The notes: generated from the letters alone by a model not told the origin. 64,000 nt of DNA from Eledone cirrhosa (GCA_964016885.1 OZ024743.1:40238001-40302000); one strand, 5' to 3'; positions 25,685 to 41,350 are shown, numbered from the stretch's first letter. A program made the numbers and translations.

Positions 25685-25854
25685 AAGGAAACACACTAGA
25701 GAGAGATAGTGCGCCATCAATAAAACAGGGAAAACCACCAGATATTTGAAATTATTTTGTGTCTACTCTGCCTTCCATAGATTATAGACTCCATACACTG
25801 ACGGTGATCTTTGTTTTATTGATGGCGCACTATCTCTCTCTAGTGTGTTTCCTT
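25685..25854. repeat. Perfect 43-bp inverted repeat with 84-bp spacer, next to (TA)n
   Basis: 25685-25727 is the exact reverse complement of 25812-25854. Confidence 0.95.
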
Positions 25855-26919
25855 TTCAACATATTCTATTTTAAAGAGCTCAGGATTCCTTTTCCTTTGA
25901 GCACATTATTGACAGGGAATAACGAGAGTCTATGGCTCCGTTAGTTTATCGTGATATATATATATATTTATAGAAATGAAGTCAAAGTCAATAAAATATA
26001 CCTCATATATTTTTACACGATCGTTCGTATGCGTATTTCGATGGTAACTGTTATGTATCAGTTACGACTTCATGAAAAAGGTATCACGTGTAAGTCACAT
26101 GAAGAAAATTAAGATGACTTAAAAATAAATAAAGTAAAAATTCCCCATGCTGTTTCCATGCAGTGATGTGTCGCACGCGGGTTATTGATGTTACACCCTC
26201 AAAGACCTGCTGACATATGAGTTATTATATGAAACCTCACAGTACCATCACTGCGAGTGAAAATGTTACCTAGCTATTAGTGAAATATATTTCTAATCCT
26301 ACACCATCCTGGCCTTCTTGAATTCCTCAATGTTGCTAAAGTCGGAAATTGTCAGATCCATCTGGAATCAGGTCATTCATAAGTTCTTTAACAATAGGGG
26401 ATTACATGACGGTCCACCTTATATCGGTGTGGTAAGTGAAGATGTAGTTAACTATCACCAAAGCAATAAAAACAACATAAATATTTGATTTGAATAGGAG
26501 GAGCTAAGATTCAGTATAAACAGTGATAGTTGCAATAGTAGTAGTGATAATAGAACCAGGCTATCTACTATATTATATGTATTAAGGGGACTGACAAACG
26601 TGAATGTTAAGGTTGAAAATAAAAGTAGAATTAAATTAAGGTTGAATATAGAATGAAAACCAGAAAATAAATAACATATAAGGAATGCATAAAGGAAATA
26701 TATTAAAATAGAGAAAATATAGGAATAGAGGGATAGATGCAAAATAAAATAAAAAATGAAAGGGGAGATATGCGAATAGCACCAAGATACGGTTTTGTTA
26801 ACACTTAATATATATTACAAAATTAATGGTCGTAGAGAGATATTAAATTAATATGTTAAATACGTAGCAACGTATAAACATGTAAAGGTGGAGAAAAGAG
26901 AGGGATTAGAAGAATTAAT

Positions 26920-27100
26920 ATAATTGTTTCTACTTTTGGCACAAGGCCAGCAATTACCCAGTACATTACCAGTACTTTATTTTATCAAACCCGTAAGGAT
27001 GACAGGCAAAGTAACCTCGGCGGGATTTGAACTCAGAATGGAAAGGGCCGTAACTCTATGCGTCAAAGCATGACGTCCGACCCTCTACCGATGCTGCCAA
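26920..27100 (-). mobile_element. Family A SINE
   Basis: Full consensus-like copy (ttgtttctacttttggcacaaggcc...gatgctgcca). Confidence 0.9.
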
Positions 27101-27389
27101 AATATAATGATATATGCTTAGTAAGGAAGAAGGTATTTAGTTCTTCTAGTTAATCGGCGCGAAGAATAGTGCCAGCCATAGATAACAACCGTATTCTTGA
27201 AGTATGGCCGTTTTTCCTAAGGTTTGGGTGGAGGATTATAGCTAATTCAAATCGTGCTGCATCGTGAGATCTTATTTTACCCATAGGTGCGTTCATAAAT
27301 GCACGAGATGATTTGCGTAATCCATTGTGCCTGTGTTTCTAATATAGCCATAACCTACTTCTACGGCTAAATTCTTAAAATTAATAAAG

Positions 27390-27903
27390 AAAAATGTGGT
27401 TGTTATACCCGTTGGGAATAGTTTAGTTCAACATGGTACTAGTCACCACATTTCTCAAAGTCCTTAACCTTATTAATGTTGATACTAGATATGTACCGGG
27501 CTACATTGTGTGTGGTAGAATACGAGAGCTACACCATGTACCTGTTGAAAAACTGATGGTACCTGTGAGTCCTCGGAAGCTTTTATCAATCGCTCTAAAG
27601 AATAATATGGCCAGGCTTGTCTGCAGTCTTGCTGACATTGGCGGATTGTAGCAGATTAAGCACATATGCTTTGTTATCCAAATAAGGTCTGGCATGGGGC
27701 CCTATCGAACAGTTAAGCATTTATGGGTGTTGTTCCACCAACCATTCAATGGACGAAAAAAATATTGCGATCTCTGTATTACCGAAGCATATTACATAAC
27801 TCTATCACGACCTCTACCGATTAACGATAGAACGGAGGTAATTATTAGCTGTCAACGTCGAAGGGCTAATTCCTTCGCCAATAGAATATTTGACCCAACA
27901 TAG
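27390..27903 (+). pseudogene. Penelope-like GIY-YIG endonuclease remnant
   Basis: PFNGRKKYCDLCITEAYYI...INDRTEVIISCQR matches the PLE C-terminal pattern PYxxxxKxCxLCxxEKxxI...LNxRxExxxxCRH. Confidence 0.6.
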
Positions 27904-27909
27904 TCATCT

Positions 27910-28810
<901 letters not shown>

Positions 28811-28877
28811 TATATATATATACACACATATATATGAACTAAACATATGTATACGTATATATATATATATATACGTG

Positions 28878-28908
<31 letters not shown>

Positions 28909-28915
28909 ATACATG

Positions 28916-28975
<60 letters not shown>

Positions 28976-29509
28976 TGAAGTCGAAGTCAATAAAATATAC
29001 ATCATATATATATATATATATAAACTGCAACGCAAACCGGCGAATATAATCGTATAATAAAACAAACGATAACAATAAATGGATTCACAGCGAGAAGCCA
29101 TTATTGACGAAGACTAAAACAAAAATGTGAAACAACATAAAAACCTATAGCAATAAAACACATATTACATATGTCGGTAAGGGGGTGCATCAGAAATAAG
29201 TAAAATGATACAATATAACCGATATTGAACAATGCGGGGGAATAAAGCTAGAATATAATTTGAAACAAAAAAAAACACATAATGGCCACTAAGAATAACA
29301 TTTTAAAACTGTATATAAATACATTATTATGAAATGTTGCCTTTTCTTGCGAATTTTAATTCTAAGACTATTGAATTCAACGTGAAGAAAATGACATTAT
29401 AATTTTTGTAGTATTGGTGAACTGAATTATAAAAAATATGTACATAATGTGATTCTTCTGTTCTTATCTTTGTTCAATATATATCGAAATATATCAAATT
29501 TATATATGA

Positions 29510-29544
<35 letters not shown>

Positions 29545-29954
29545 TATATATATATATAGGTATATGCGCATATATCTATGTGTATGTCTGTGTTCGAGCG
29601 TGTGTGTGTATGTAAGATACCATAGTATATACATATACATATATAAATGTATGTATGACAACGTGTACATAAGTATATCAAAATGTATGTGTGCCTGTGT
29701 GACTTTGCGTGTGTGTGCGTATGTGTATGATGTACATAGAATTCATATACATGAAAGAATATCTCATTGAAATGTTTATAGAAACAGTTCGAAATACGCT
29801 ATTAATAACAACAAAATAAATCTATTGATGGTATTTAATTGTTTTGCCTATTGTCTTCAAACGCAGCACAGGTGTGTGTGTGTGTGTATAAGTATATCAC
29901 TTTACTCTTTTATATGTTACAACTGGCGGGATAAGACTGTGTATATGAATGTAA

Positions 29955-29991
<37 letters not shown>

Positions 29992-30565
29992 TGAATTCAT
30001 TCTGTGGAAAATCAAACTATAGATATGACCTAGTACGGGATCTTATGTGTGTTTTTCCCGATAGAGTGTTTATTCAAGAGTTATCAGTTACTTTCACCCG
30101 GTATAAACCTCAAATTTATCTTCGTGGGGTTTTATATATCTACCCGCTTACGACCGTTACGGAGTGTTTGGGAAGTTGGTGATGATATCTTCGCTCGACT
30201 GTTGTATTAGGAATTTATTCTATTCCATCCTCATAACCAGATTTCCGCATTTCCACATAGTTGTAGTCCGCGTGATTATTAAATATATTTATGGAATTTA
30301 ATAGTCTGTAAATCCTAAGAGATACACTTTTGGTAGTGGAGTTAATTATGGATGTTGGGTTATTAGAGTATCGGCTAATATACGTTAGATTTTCATTACC
30401 GTTACAGCAAGGCTCGTAGAGACTAGAGTTTAGGTCAAGGGCAACATCTAGGAAATTAGCTAGCTAATAGTTATGTTCAAAGGGCTTTTAGGCTCATACG
30501 CTTAAAGAAAGACCTATATCTTTCCTTCCTCGTTGTAACCGTTGAGCATCGAAGAGCGTCGTCTG

Positions 30566-30677
<112 letters not shown>

Positions 30678-30690
30678 ATATATATATATA

Positions 30691-31569
30691 CTAGCATTAA
30701 AGCCCGGCGTTGTTCGGGGTCAGTAAATTACCAAAGTTAGGTTGCACCACCCATTTTATGGCACCACTTTTTTGTCTGCCAGGCACTGGGTGAATGGATT
30801 GCAGACCTGTACTGCCGAAGCAGGAGTTGCGCCAGCAGTGACAATTGTAGTTTCGCCTATCGATATTATTTCTGTGCAAAGAAGTGTTAAAATCTATTGT
30901 TTCACAGTACTTGCGCAACACGCGCGTTAACGATGTCAGCCGAACAACAAAGCTGCGATGGAGTTGTTCTGCATGGTTGTCTAATGCGTGTTTTCTGAAT
31001 TTAAGACAGTACGGATGGGTGTGATATGGGGGAGAGTTAGCTGCTTTTTCTAGCAGGCTTAGTGACCTCATAGAGAATATGTGTTTTCTAAATTTAAAAC
31101 AGTAGGGCGGGGTGTGATATTGGGGAGAGTTGGCTGCTGTTTCTAGCAGGTTTAGTGACCCCATAGAGGATATTATTGTGTATAGTAAATAAACTGATAC
31201 TTCTTTCTTCCACGTTCGTTAAGAGATGTTTTAAAAAAGATTTATCGCTATTTTTTTGTTGTTGAATAAATTTATCTGTTGCTTTTGAATAATTGTTGTT
31301 TGGTATGAAATGTAATAAGTTCTCTTCGTTGTCATTGAAGTACATAAATGTTTGACCGTTCCACACTCAAAAATCCACTTCGCACTTGTTACAATATGCG
31401 AATGATATATAATCTTTCCGCCTCAAAATGGGTTTCCTTGTTTTTATCTGAATGTATTAAATCCCGCTTCCTGTCACAGGCAAAGCACTGTTGACTCCGT
31501 TGGGAGCTGCGAGCAGCAAATAATACAAACAGAAGAAAGCAAACTGGTTTCCTTTATAAAATCTGGAGA
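30691..31569 (-). mobile_element. Non-autonomous Helitron (~880 bp)
   Basis: Minus strand starts A|TCTCCAGATTTTATAAAGG and ends with an imperfect hairpin CCCGAAC-aac-GCCGGG, 8 nt, then CTAG|T: A/T target, TC...CTRR termini, no TSD. Confidence 0.7.
30985..31170 (+). repeat. ~94-bp tandem duplication inside the Helitron
   Basis: gtgttttct..atttaa.acagta...ggagagtt.gctgct.tttctagcagg.ttagtgacc.catagag occurs twice; a related ggctgctatttctagc motif recurs near 46590 and 46895. Confidence 0.8.
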
Positions 31570-32104
31570 TTAGCTTATCCTTTCTTTATTTCTAAATACT
31601 GATTTACTGAAGTTGAATTCGAATGCTTTTGGCCTCATATACGCACGTTCATAATAATACATTTGGTGTTAATCTGGTGATTCAAATATATTTAAGTAGA
31701 TTAATCAATTATAATTTTATTACTAACGTTGGGCTTAATTTATAAGCAACATATTGGGGCATGCCGTTGTTTTATTGCATGGTGAATCATAGTGTGTATA
31801 CTTGATTGGAATACTTCAGACCATGAAATGAGGAATTTATTTTTAATTTCTCTGCTAATAGGTAAGTTTCCGATTGTTAACGCAGTACATGTCCTCATGT
31901 GTCGTAACGGTAAATATATTGATTTGATGAATACTGTTTAGAATGTTGATATGTTTCTTCTTGATGGAATTGTTTTGAATATTTATTTCATAATGGAAGT
32001 AACAAACTAACAACGCTAATGGTGAAAATCTGAATTTAGTTTGTTTTTTTAATGTTTGGTAACGTGTGGCAGTTATAAACACTAAATCCAGATATTAATG
32101 ATAT

Positions 32105-35100
32105 TGCTGGACGTTGGTACATGGCCAGTAATGTTGCGAGATGGGAGAACTGATATTATAGGTCCAGTAATTTACTGGTACTGTATTATTTCAATTCCCA
32201 ACGATTAAATTTGAAGGCCGTAACAAATGTTCGCAAAACATTTTTCTCCAACGATCTCCCGATTCTATCAATCTAAGGTGACAATAAATGTTTCTAGTTT
32301 TGGCACAAGGCCAGCAATCATCCCAGTGTATTACTGGTACTTTATTTTATCGACCCCGTAAGAATGAAAGGCAAAGTTAACCTCGGCGGGATTTGAACTC
32401 ATAATGGAAAGGGTCGTAATTCTATGCGTCCGACAATAATGATCGGTGGTAATGTTCAATGTTTGTGATAACATTGATAATGTATATCATGTTGATATTT
32501 GCGACAATATTTAAATGAATGGAAATATTGATGGTGATGATAATGTTGATAGTGATGTGAATATTAGTGTTGGTTAAAATGTTGACTTTAGTGATAATTG
32601 TTTCTACTATTGGCACAAGGCCAGAAATTACCCAGTACATTACTGGTACTTTATTTTATCGACCCCGTAAGGATGAAAGGCAAAGTTAACCTCGGCGGGA
32701 TTTGAACTCAGAATGGCAAGGGCCGTAACTCTATGCGTCAAAGCATGGCGTCCGACCCTCTACCGATACTGCCAATCCAAATGATGATGCAAATGGTCTT
32801 GGTGGGGATAATGAAAATGTTGACAAGGATAATGTTGATGTTCAAGTATTTGTGCATATCAGGAATAATGACGATAGCGACATTGTTAATAATTGTTTCC
32901 ACTTTTGGCACAAGGCCAGCAATTATTCCAGTGTATTACTGGTACTTTATTTTATCGTTCCCGAAAGGCAAAGTAAACCTCGGGAGGATTTGAACTCAGT
33001 ACGGCAAGGGTCGTAACTCTATGCGTCAAAGCATGGTGTCCGACTCTCTACCAATACTGCCAATAGACCGTTAATAATGATTTCTACTTTTTGTTACAAG
33101 GCCAGCAAATACCCAGTGCATTACTGGTACTTTATTTTATCGACCCCATAAGGATGAAAGGCAAAGTTAACCTCGGCGAGATTTGAGCTCAGATCATAAA
33201 GTGCAGTAACTCTATGCAGCAAAGCATGACGTCCGACCCTCTACCGATAATGCCAATCCACCGTTAATAATGATAATAATGTTGACGTTAATGTTGATGA
33301 CATTAATATTGACGTTAATGTTGGTGATGATGTTGATGTTGTGGATAATGTTGTTGATGAGAATAATAATGATATTAATAATAACGCCCATATCAATAGT
33401 GTTGATATTGGCGTTATTATTGAAGCAAGGTATCATGATAATTGTAATAATGTTGATGACAATAAATTGATATTGTTGACAATGTTGAAGTTGATAATGT
33501 TGATGTCATTGAGCAAGTTGTTTGTTGATCCTCATGCTAATATATAGAACTGTATTAATGTCGTTAATGTTGACGCTGGTTAAAATGTTGATGTTGTTAA
33601 TGTTGTTTTTGATATTAATATTTTATGTTGGTGATAATGTAACAGTAGATCATAATATTGATGATGCTTAGGCTGGTTGTATTAGGCTAATGCAGGTATT
33701 GATGGAAGGATTGAAGGGATATGGGGATATTAGGGATACATTTGGTGCCCGTCATAATGTAGATGAGGTTTAAGAGAAGTAAGAATTGAAGTGGGGTGGG
33801 GGGATAATAATTGTTTATACTTTTGGCAAAAGGCCAGCAATTATTCCAGCGCATTACTGGTACTTTATATTATCGACCCCGTAAGGATGAAAGGCAAAGT
33901 TACCCCGGCGGGATTTGAACTCAGAATGGCAAGGGCCGTAACTCTATGCGTCAAAGCATGGTGTCCGACACTCTACTAATACTGTCAATCCACAATAGAA
34001 CTATTAATGATGATATGATCCTGATGCTGCTGCTTAGGATGATGATGATGATGATGGGGAGGAGGGGGGGGGGGGGGTTGATTCACGATGACGACGACGA
34101 TGATTATTATGACGGTGATAATGACGATGTCGATGACGACGATGATGGAGATAACGATAATAACGACGAGGATGGTGAGGATGGTGGTTGTGTTGGTGGT
34201 GGTAACAATGTTACTTTTAGAAATATGTTTCCGAAATGTTTCCAGTCATCCAACGTTAAAAATACATCTAGTTTAATGTTGCTCTAACTGTAAATATTTA
34301 CGATTTCGGATAACAATACTTGCCATAATTATTTACTCATCTATATTTTGGTATTTATTCATTGATATAATTAATTAAAGTCTTTGTTTCTTCTGTTAAC
34401 AAAGCTTTCATATATCAGTCGGTATTTTACTTAAAACCTCATATGTATTCTTATAAATACACTATTGGTTTCTCAGAAATATCCGATCAATGACAACTAG
34501 ACAGTCCTTCACACGCTGAGATGTTATTTAAGATTCAATTAGTATATCTGTAAAGTTCAATAATATATATCAAATATATTGTCCTCGAAGTATAATTCTT
34601 CATTTCCTTAAACTTTCTAATAATGGTTTCCAAATCAGGCACAAGGCCAACTATTTTGTGGGGAAAGAAAAGTCAATTAAATCGACACCAGTGCATTAAT
34701 GGTACTTTATTTTATAGACTTCGTAAGGATGAAATGCAAAGCTAACATCGGAACGATTTGAACACAGAATGTAAAAGACCATAACTCTAAGCCTCAATGC
34801 ATGGTGGCTGTCGCAGGACGGCCAATCCCACGCCACCTTAAAATTTCTAATTATATAGGTTATACATAACAGATTTTTGAAGGAAGGCTTTGTTCCTGTG
34901 TTAATAATATTCGTTTCGTTAATGTTGATGTTGATAATAATTGTTCCTATTTTAGGCACACGGCCTGCAATAACCCAGTATATTACTAGTACTTTATTTT
35001 ATCGACCTCGTAAGGATGAAAGGCAAAGTTAACCTTGGCCGGTTTTGAACTCAGATCGTAAAGAGACGTAACTATGCTGGAAATCATGTCCGACCCTCTA

Positions 35101-35915
35101 CCGATACTGCCAATTCACCGCTCTTGATAATGATAATTGTTTCTACTTTTGGCACAAGGCCAGCAATTACTCAGTGTATTACTGGTACTTTATTTTATTG
35201 ACCCCGTAAGGATGAAAGGCAAAGTTAACCTCGGCGGGATTTGAACTCAGAATGGCAAGGGCCGTAACTATATGAGTCAAAGCATGGCATCCGACCCTCT
35301 ACCGATACTGGCAATCCACTGCCTTAAATAATTGTTTCTACTTTAGGCACAAGGCCAGCAATTACCCAGTGCATTACTGGTACTTTATTTTATCGACCCC
35401 GTAAGGATAAAAGGCAAAGTCAACCTCGGCAGGATTTGAACTCAGGTCGTAAAGGGACGTAACTATGCTAGAACGCATGGCGTCCGACCCTCTACCGATA
35501 CTTGATAATGATAATTATTTCTAGGCTAGGCACAAGGCCAGCAATTACCCAGTGTATTACTGGTACTTTATTTTATCGACCCCGTAAGGATGAAAGGCAA
35601 AGTTAACCTCGGCGGTATTTGAACTCAGAATGGCAAGGGCCGTAACTCTATGCGCCAAAGCATGGCATCCGATACTTGATAATGATAATGATGGTTGGTA
35701 ATGAATGTTGATAATAATGGTTTCTTATATAGGCACAAGGAAGGGGAAAGTCGATTAAAGCGATCCCAGTGCGTGATTTGTACTTTATATTATCGACCCC
35801 GTAAGGATGAAAGGTAAAGTTAACTTCGGCGGGATTTTAACTCAGAGCGTAAAGGGCCGTACGTCTATGCAGCAAAGCATGTCGTCCGACCCTCTAGCGA
35901 TACTGCCAATCCAAC
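32105..35915 (-). mobile_element. Cluster of 11-12 co-oriented family A SINEs
   Basis: Copies begin near 32285, 32595, 32890, 33078, 33805, 34620, 34938, 35133, 35328, 35513 and 35715, plus a degenerate one near 32105; separated by ATN-rich low-complexity DNA. Confidence 0.92.
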
Positions 35916-35950
35916 GTTGATTTTGATAATAATGCTGGTGATGTGGATAA

Positions 35951-37916
35951 CACCGTGTAACATTTTTTTGTCGCCGGTTCTAAGTGTCATTTCATGGTTT
36001 GTTATATCCCATTATTATAAAAAAAACACTATTATTTAATCAGAAATTTGGTTTTGTGGTCAGGAGTTTGATACTTCGAAATTTTCATATTTTTCAAGAA
36101 AAAACACATTTTTTTTTTAAATTTATCAGTTCATATAATTAAATCAACAGAGTATATATTTATTTTATTACACAAGCTTATCAAAAGCAAATAAGTAAAA
36201 ACAAATAACACTTATAAAGCAACTTATACACGTCAGAAATGAATGGATTTCCTGGACTTGCGGTGGTAGTCCAGGTCGCAATCGCGCACTAGCCCCCAGA
36301 TATAGTCCCCCATCATGTTTTCAGTGTAGTGGTCCTCTATCTCTTTCACAACTTGGTGGAATCGTTCGCCTTGTTCTTCTGAGTAGGCGCCCATATTGTC
36401 CTTGAATTTTTCCAGGTCACGTCCAGCATATGAGGTTTAAGCGACATCCTGCATCCCATAGCGTCAAAAGACTTTATCAGATCCTGCACCAGCTGCTGGT
36501 AGTTTTCAGCTTTGTAGTTGCCCAGGAAGCCTTTGACAACTGCCTTGAAACAGTTCCATGCTGTTCTCAATCCTATTGAGCTTATTGGAGAACTCGGTAG
36601 ACTCAAACACCTTCTTTATCTGAGGTCCAACAAAAATGCCACCATTGATTTTGGTCTCAGATAACTTAGGGAAGAACTCAAGAAGGTACTTAAAAGCGGC
36701 TGATTCTTGGTTGAGAACCTTCACAAACTGCTTCATCAACCCCACCTTAATGTGCAGTGTCAGCATGAGTACAATCCTGGGATCAACCAATGGTTCCCAC
36801 ATGACGTTCCGGTTCCCAACTACAAATTCTGTTCGCTGCTCCCAGTTCTTTCTTTTGTAGTGGTCAGAGGTGGCTCTGCTGTCCCAAAGGCAGAGGAAGC
36901 ATTGGAAGTTGATAAAGCCTCCTTGGAATCCAAGCAGGAAAGCCACCATCGTGAAGTCTCCAATAATTTCCAAATTGTACTGGTTGTATTGCAGAGCTTC
37001 CAAGAGGACTTCCACACTGTATTAATATTCCCTCAGGCAGACTGAATGAGCAAGGGGCACTGTCCGGAACTTGTTTCCATTGTGGAGGAGCACATCCTTC
37101 TAACTTGTGGTAGAGCTGTCTATAAATAGCCGCCACTCCGGCACACCAATAACGTCAAATAGTCCAGACACATCATGGCAGAAGCAGAGGCCATCCCTAA
37201 GAGTGTAAAAGCCTGAGAAAGGTCCGTGTCGACTTCTCTGACATGTCACCTGCACTTCCTCCTTGACCAAGTTCCACTGCTTCATCCTGGAGACGAATAC
37301 CTCTGCATTGGACTTTGTCAGGCCCATATCCCTAACCAAGTCATTGACTTCTTTTTGGTATGGGAAGTGAGGAACTTTTTCTGGTACCTCAGGCAGGTAA
37401 TCGAAGTCCTCCGCATCCATCTCTTCCTCTTCATCAGAATACTTGTCTTGGAAAATAAATTTGATATGCAATACAAAATAAATATTGGAAAGGGAAATAC
37501 ATATTTAAATAATATAAAAGAACACTAATCATACTAATGAAAATTCGTGCTTAAAACACAACTTTTCCTTTATTCAGGGTGCGAAAATCCAGTATCCATA
37601 AATCTCTTTAATCCACTTTTTTAACCATTTTATACTTTATTGCACTTTTATCATTTTTTTTAGGTATTACTCTTTATTTTATAATTTTAATTTAACCTGA
37701 AACATATATAAAAAAAATCATTTAACATAAGCAAAATAAACTTACATACAACGTAAATTCCACCATACAAATAATTCTAGTGAATAGCTTAGAATTTTTA
37801 CACACCCAAACTGTTAACTGTTTAATGGCAGTTTTCTTTTTTATTTGGGACCTAAGCAACACAAAAAATGTGATTACAAGCCAGCAACAGAGAAAAGAAA
37901 ATGCTGTTAGACGGTG
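35951..37916 (-). mobile_element. Chapaev3-like (CMC) DNA transposon with decayed transposase
   Basis: TIRs CACCGT(G/C)TAACA, TAA on both flanks (35948-35950, 37917-37919); transposase pieces WRLFIDSS, IIGDF, CFLCLWDSRA, LHIKVGL, FVGPQI, GCRMSLK, SEEQGERFHQ. Family name is from recalled motifs. Confidence 0.8.
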
Positions 37917-38429
37917 TAATTTGAACGTTCGTCAGATTTATTATGATGTAGATGATGCTCACAATGCTGATATTTATAATGGTGATGTAGGAAATAACAA
38001 TGATGATAATGAGGGCGAATAACAATGATGATAATGAGGGCGAATAAACATTAAACGATTATAGTGTTAAACATCATAAGATTAACAGAAATATTATAGT
38101 CCAAGTGATTGGTGCCTCTCACTTATTAACCCTCTTGAAATTATATGAAAATCCTACTTTAATAATATTGTTTGTTTTTCATTACGTCCATCCCTTATAC
38201 CTCTGAATTTAGAGCAGAAACTGATGAAATAACATTACATATTATAATAATACTCATGTAATATATGTTTGTGCACAAAAGCACACACACATATCTATAT
38301 ATAGAATATTTCTAAGAAGCATAGATATAAGTATAAATATATATAAGAATATATATAAGTATATATATATATACACACACACTTACACGCACACACACAA
38401 ACACACATACACACATACGCACACACACA

Positions 38430-38531
<102 letters not shown>

Positions 38532-38600
38532 CAATGAATTATTTGATTTGTTGGTTATTCAACAAATTTAATTATAACAGATTCGAAGCACTCTACATGA

Positions 38601-38974
38601 TTCTTCTGGAGTATAATATCAATCAAATTAATGAATGGAAACTATCTTTATACAACTATATTTATTTTATTATATATATTTCAAGGTCACCAAAATGTTT
38701 GCACGCTCTCAACAGATAAAATACAAAAGTTGTTTTACAGATAGTGACATATCCAAAAATCAAGAACATATTGTTTTAAATTCGGTTTGAATTGAACTTA
38801 AAACGATAAGTTCTTGTTTTGGGATATATCACTCTCTGTAAAATAACTTTTGTATTTTATCTGTTGAGAGCGTGCCAAATTTTGGTGACCTTTAAATATA
38901 TATAATAAAATAAATATGGTTTTATAAAGATACTTTCCATTTAATAATATTATTTATATTATACTCCAGAAGAA
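38601..38974. repeat. Fold-back inverted repeat (~180-bp arms, ~10-nt loop)
   Basis: 38601-38783 versus 38794-38974, reverse-complementary with scattered mismatches. Confidence 0.92.
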
Positions 38975-39150
38975 CTGAGGTATTCTATTAATAAGCTGGC
39001 AAACCTCACAGAAATACTGCATCTCTGCTTCTCTTTGATGTAGTGTTTTTGCAAAGTAGCCGTGAAACTGTACAGTCGAGACTGTAAAGGAATATTGGGT
39101 ATTTAGATATCTTTTTGTTTATGTCTAATGTTTCTTCTTTCTTAACAATG

Positions 39151-39287
<137 letters not shown>

Positions 39288-39635
39288 AAAATTGAACGGG
39301 AACAAAACAGAGAGGCAGTACAAACAAAGGTTTATTAATTTCACGCTCTTGAGAGTGGCGTGGTGAACAGCCCATAATATCGTATCAAGTTCTCACATCA
39401 TTTCGAAATTGAAATGAAAATATTTGAATTCATTTTAATTTTTTTTTTCTTTCTAGAAACTGTATAAACTCAATACAGAATGACACTTGTTTAGATTGCG
39501 TTGTTCTACTAGTTCGTGTTTATGTATTTCAAATTGTCGATGATGTTTTGTATTTTATTAATATTTAGATTCTTTAAGTTTCAAGTTTTCAGATTTGTAA
39601 ATTTTCAGATTTGTGAATTTTCGCGAACCTATCAA

Positions 39636-39669
<34 letters not shown>

Positions 39670-39735
39670 GGGGTTAGGGGTGGTGTATTTGTTAATATAG
39701 TGCACATCGACTTATATAATATATATATATTCTCC

Positions 39736-39914
<179 letters not shown>

Positions 39915-40328
39915 ATATATATATGTTTGTGTAATTATGCATGAATATGTATTATATATGCATCCATGTTTGTGTATCTGAGAGTGTGAGTGTGTTGTGA
40001 GTGGTGCGTGTTTTGTTCTATTTTACTACTGTTTTAAGTTTTCTCTTGCATTACATCCTGATTTTTCATGAAAGAATATTGTCAGCTGAAACTGAAGTTT
40101 TTTTATATCCATCCTTACTTCATTTTTATTATTCCTGTTTCATCCATTTTGTATTCATTCACTTACATTATTATTTGTTTAAATTCGCAATGAATCATAT
40201 TATACATTTATTCATTTAATAGTATTTTGTTTGGCTTTGTTTCCTTACATATATATATATACATACATATAGAGAGAGAGTGAGAGTGAGAGAGAAGGAG
40301 AGAGAGAGATATATACATTTAGATACAT

Positions 40329-40369
<41 letters not shown>

Positions 40370-40383
40370 TCATACATAAATAC

Positions 40384-40487
<104 letters not shown>

Positions 40488-40490
40488 CTA

Positions 40491-40523
<33 letters not shown>

Positions 40524-40799
40524 GCGTGTGTGTGTGTGCGTGTGCGTGTCAATATGACTGTGTGTGTTTGTTTGAGTGTTTATGTGTTCATGTGAGCATA
40601 CAATCAGAGCTAGGGAACGGTAGGTACATAGATAATAAACAGGTAGACATATAGAGACTTAGATAGACAGATAGATGAGAAAGACAGACAGAGAGATGGA
40701 CAGAGAGGGATTGATAGAATGTGAGAGTGAGTGAGGGAAGAATAAAGAGGAATTTAGCTGAATAGATGTATGAGCTGGCATACAATACTATAAATATAT

Positions 40800-41350
40800 A
40801 TATGGTGGCTGCCAACTCGTTTTCGAGGACGGCCACTACTTTATATCCATGTAGGAGTATTCCTACCAATGCGCTGAACGAGTGTGACCTATTAGTCCAG
40901 CCAGCAACTTGAACACACTGGTACAAACACTACATTTTGTGACAATTATTGACACATAGTGCTGGGCCCATGGTACCATGTGACGACAAGTGCAGAGAGA
41001 TCTCCAGATTTAATGCAATCCCTGTGCCGTGAAGCTTTTATAGTGATCAAAGGTACTGCACAAAGCCAGGCCACTCTCTTAACCAATATGATATTTACCA
41101 AAAAGAAGAACAAGTCATTGGATACCATCAGGGTTGCAGGTGTTATATCAGAGTTTTCCTTCTCCTAGAATTCTGCCTTGACAAAGGCTAAGGGGTCATC
41201 TCTCCCGGTGATTTTTGATGGCCATTGACTCTTAAGAGCTCCTTTTCCCTTTGACAGGCTTTGTTTTTAGTCCTGCAGGATGTCCAAAGTCACCCTCCTC
41301 ACCATGAAACCTTGGTGGGGTTGCCAGTTTAGTCGCCAACGATCCGACCA
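40800..41350 (-). mobile_element. Possible RTE-type 5'UTR / non-autonomous retroelement fragment
   Basis: GC-richer island; minus strand carries ...ctaggagaaggaaaactctg, which I recall from invertebrate RTE leaders (not verified). Confidence 0.35.

Noticed and set aside
32285-35915. Repeat-spacer array superficially like CRISPR or a tRNA gene cluster
   Set aside because: Units are ~190-bp SINEs with irregular low-complexity spacers; no cas genes, no intact cloverleaf, eukaryotic context.
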